Positions 62,111 through 64,000 of a stretch of 64,000 bases of DNA are shown here, piece by piece. Source of the stretch: Antechinus flavipes (Eukaryota); assembly GCF_016432865.1 (NCBI RefSeq), contig NC_067400.1, positions 556,884,001 through 556,948,000 of the forward strand, given 5' to 3'. The position numbers and the translations under genes were made by a program. Under the pieces are notes generated by a model. That model worked only from the letters and a program-made list of their open reading frames with translations. It ran no database searches and was not told where the DNA came from. Each line of letters starts with the position of its first letter. Within the stretch, counting starts at the first letter, position 1.

Positions 62111-62970
62111 CTTATCTAATCCAATTTACCTATTTTGCAGGTAAATTTTACAATTTACCCATTTCTATCTCTCAAAGTTTAATCCCTTTTCCATATGTCA
62201 GGTTTTTAAATACTAAATCGTTTTCTTCTCCAAATTAAATCTTCCTAGTCATTTCAGTTTTTTGGTCCTACAGTATGTTCTTTCATTCCCTCATCAAATT
62301 TCATGGCCTATATCTCCCTCTTACCTTTGACTCAGGAAATTCCTAGACTTTTTCAAAGTACAGATTAAGTGCTACTTCCTAAGAAAGTTTTTTTTTTCCC
62401 CCAATCTCCATAGTTGTGAAAATTTTTTCTCCTTCCTTACTCTACAATTAAAAAAAATTATTTTGCACTTACTGAGAATATCTTTTGTATATTCTTATGT
62501 GTGGGGTTGTTCAGTTATTTGAGTCTTGTGACCCCATTTTGGGATTTTCTTGGCAAAGATCATGAAGTCATTTGCCTTCTCCTTCTCTATTTGACAAATG
62601 AGGAACTGAGACAAACTGGATTAAGCGACTTGTCCAGGATCACACACATAATAGTGTCTGAGATTAGATGTGAAGTTATGAAGATAAATCTTCTTGATTC
62701 CAAGCCTAGATTGCACGACTTAGCTGCCCTTCTATCTCTGTACATGATATAACATTATCTACCCAGAACCAATAGAAATAAGATCCAAGAAGAATTGATT
62801 TTTATCTTTGTATTCTCCATCACTTAGCACAATGCCTGATACATAATATGATTCTTGGTAAATGCATATTTAATTAAATCTCTTTGAATGTAATTTCTTC
62901 CTAGCACTCTTTTTCCAGGTGGTGACCAAAGCAAAATCCAAAGGTTGTTGAGTGGGACCTGATCCCTACC

Positions 62971-63927
62971 ATGTTGCTATCAAATTCCACAAAATTCCAC
63001 CCAGCTTCCTTCATTCTACTGGGAATCCCAGGCCTTGAGGCTAATCACCTCTGGCTTTCATTTCCCTTCATTATGATGTACACCACTGCTGTGGGTGGCA
63101 ATATCCTCCTTCTTTGGGTCATCATCTCAGAGCGGAGCCTCCATGAACCCATGTACATCCTCCTCTCTCTTCTTGCCATCACAGACCTCATCCTCTCTAC
63201 CACCACTGTGCCCAAGGCCTTGGCCATCTTCTGGGTCCATGCTCATGATATCCCATTCCCTGCCTGCCTCAGCCAGGTCTTCTTCATCCACTTTGTCTCT
63301 GCCTTGGAGTCAGCCACATTGCTTTCTATGGCCTTTGATCGCTATGTGGCCATTTGTGACCCTCTGCGCTATACATCTATCCTCACTTACAAAGTCCTGG
63401 GAAAGATGGGACTGGCGGGTTTTGCTCGAGCTTTCTCCATTGTTGCAGCCCTTGTCTTTCTCCTCCACCGGTTGCCCTACTGTGGTCATCGTACAATCCC
63501 CCACACATACTGTGAACACATGGGTGTGGCCAGACTGGCTTGTGGGGACATTCGTGTCAACATCATCTTCGGTCTCTGTGGAGCCCTTTTAACACTGGGC
63601 GTGGATGCAGTTCTCATTGTTGTTTCCTACATTCTCATCCTCCGTGCTGTCTTTCGCCTGCCATCCCAAGGGGCACGCCATAAAGCTCTGGGCACCTGTG
63701 GTTCCCATGTCTGTGTGATCCTCATGTTTTATACACCTGCCTTTTTCTCCTTCCTCACCCACCGCTTTGGCCGGGGTACCATCCCCCGCCATATTCACAT
63801 CCTTCTGGCCAATCTTTATGTAGTGATACCACCCATGCTCAATCCCATTGTTTATGCAGTCAGGATGAAGCAAATCCGGGACAAAGTTATTCAGAGTTTC
63901 AGTTGGATGGGGAAAGGAGGTCACTGA
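62971..63927 (+). CDS. Class I olfactory receptor, OR52 family (B/D/Z-like), 318 aa, intact
   Basis: [62 protein letters not shown]. Acceptor ctctttttccAG at 62917-62918. Confidence 0.96.
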   Translation: MLLSNSTKFHPASFILLGIPGLEANHLWLSFPFIMMYTTAVGGNILLLWVIISERSLHEPMYILLSLLAITDLILSTTTVPKALAIFWVHAHDIPFPACLSQVFFIHFVSALESATLLSMAFDRYVAICDPLRYTSILTYKVLGKMGLAGFARAFSIVAALVFLLHRLPYCGHRTIPHTYCEHMGVARLACGDIRVNIIFGLCGALLTLGVDAVLIVVSYILILRAVFRLPSQGARHKALGTCGSHVCVILMFYTPAFFSFLTHRFGRGTIPRHIHILLANLYVVIPPMLNPIVYAVRMKQIRDKVIQSFSWMGKGGH

Positions 63928-64000
63928 GGAGGGTGGTGGTTAGTGTTAGAAAGGAAATCTTATCATATGAACAAAAAAACAAATAAAGTCTCTTCAGTTC

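Noticed and set aside
461-63924. Antisense and alternate-frame ORFs overlapping the OR genes; CRISPR, tRNA or rRNA genes
   Set aside because: The overlapping ORFs are shadows of GC-richer OR codons. The tRNA-like boxes belong to SINE heads, and no repeat-spacer array or rRNA sequence was seen.

Overview
A vertebrate class I olfactory-receptor (OR) cluster from an AT-rich, CpG-poor genome. The repeats (WSINE1-type and Mar1/MIR CORE-SINEs, marsupial-type L1 3' ends) point to an Australian marsupial, probably a dasyurid; this is inference. There are five intact single-exon OR CDSs: three OR51-family, an OR52D1 orthologue and a further OR52-family gene. A duplicated 5' OR fragment lies beside the third gene. 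The intergenic DNA is a mosaic of LINE, SINE and hAT relics. The stand-out structures are: (1) a ~2 kb strand-asymmetric degenerate 11/42-bp array rich in TAATTG and TTGGC motifs; (2) a young, internally deleted beta-like ERV with a fold-back hairpin at its deletion junction; (3) an exact 986-bp tandem duplication; (4) a ~6.5 kb old segmental duplication of the OR52D1 3' flank with no second OR; and (5) insertions private to the first copy of that duplication: an mtDNA ND5 fragment (NUMT), a solo LTR and a perfect 37-bp hairpin. Nearly all other ORFs in the track are chance or TE-derived. All identities and family names were judged by eye or from memory, not by database search.
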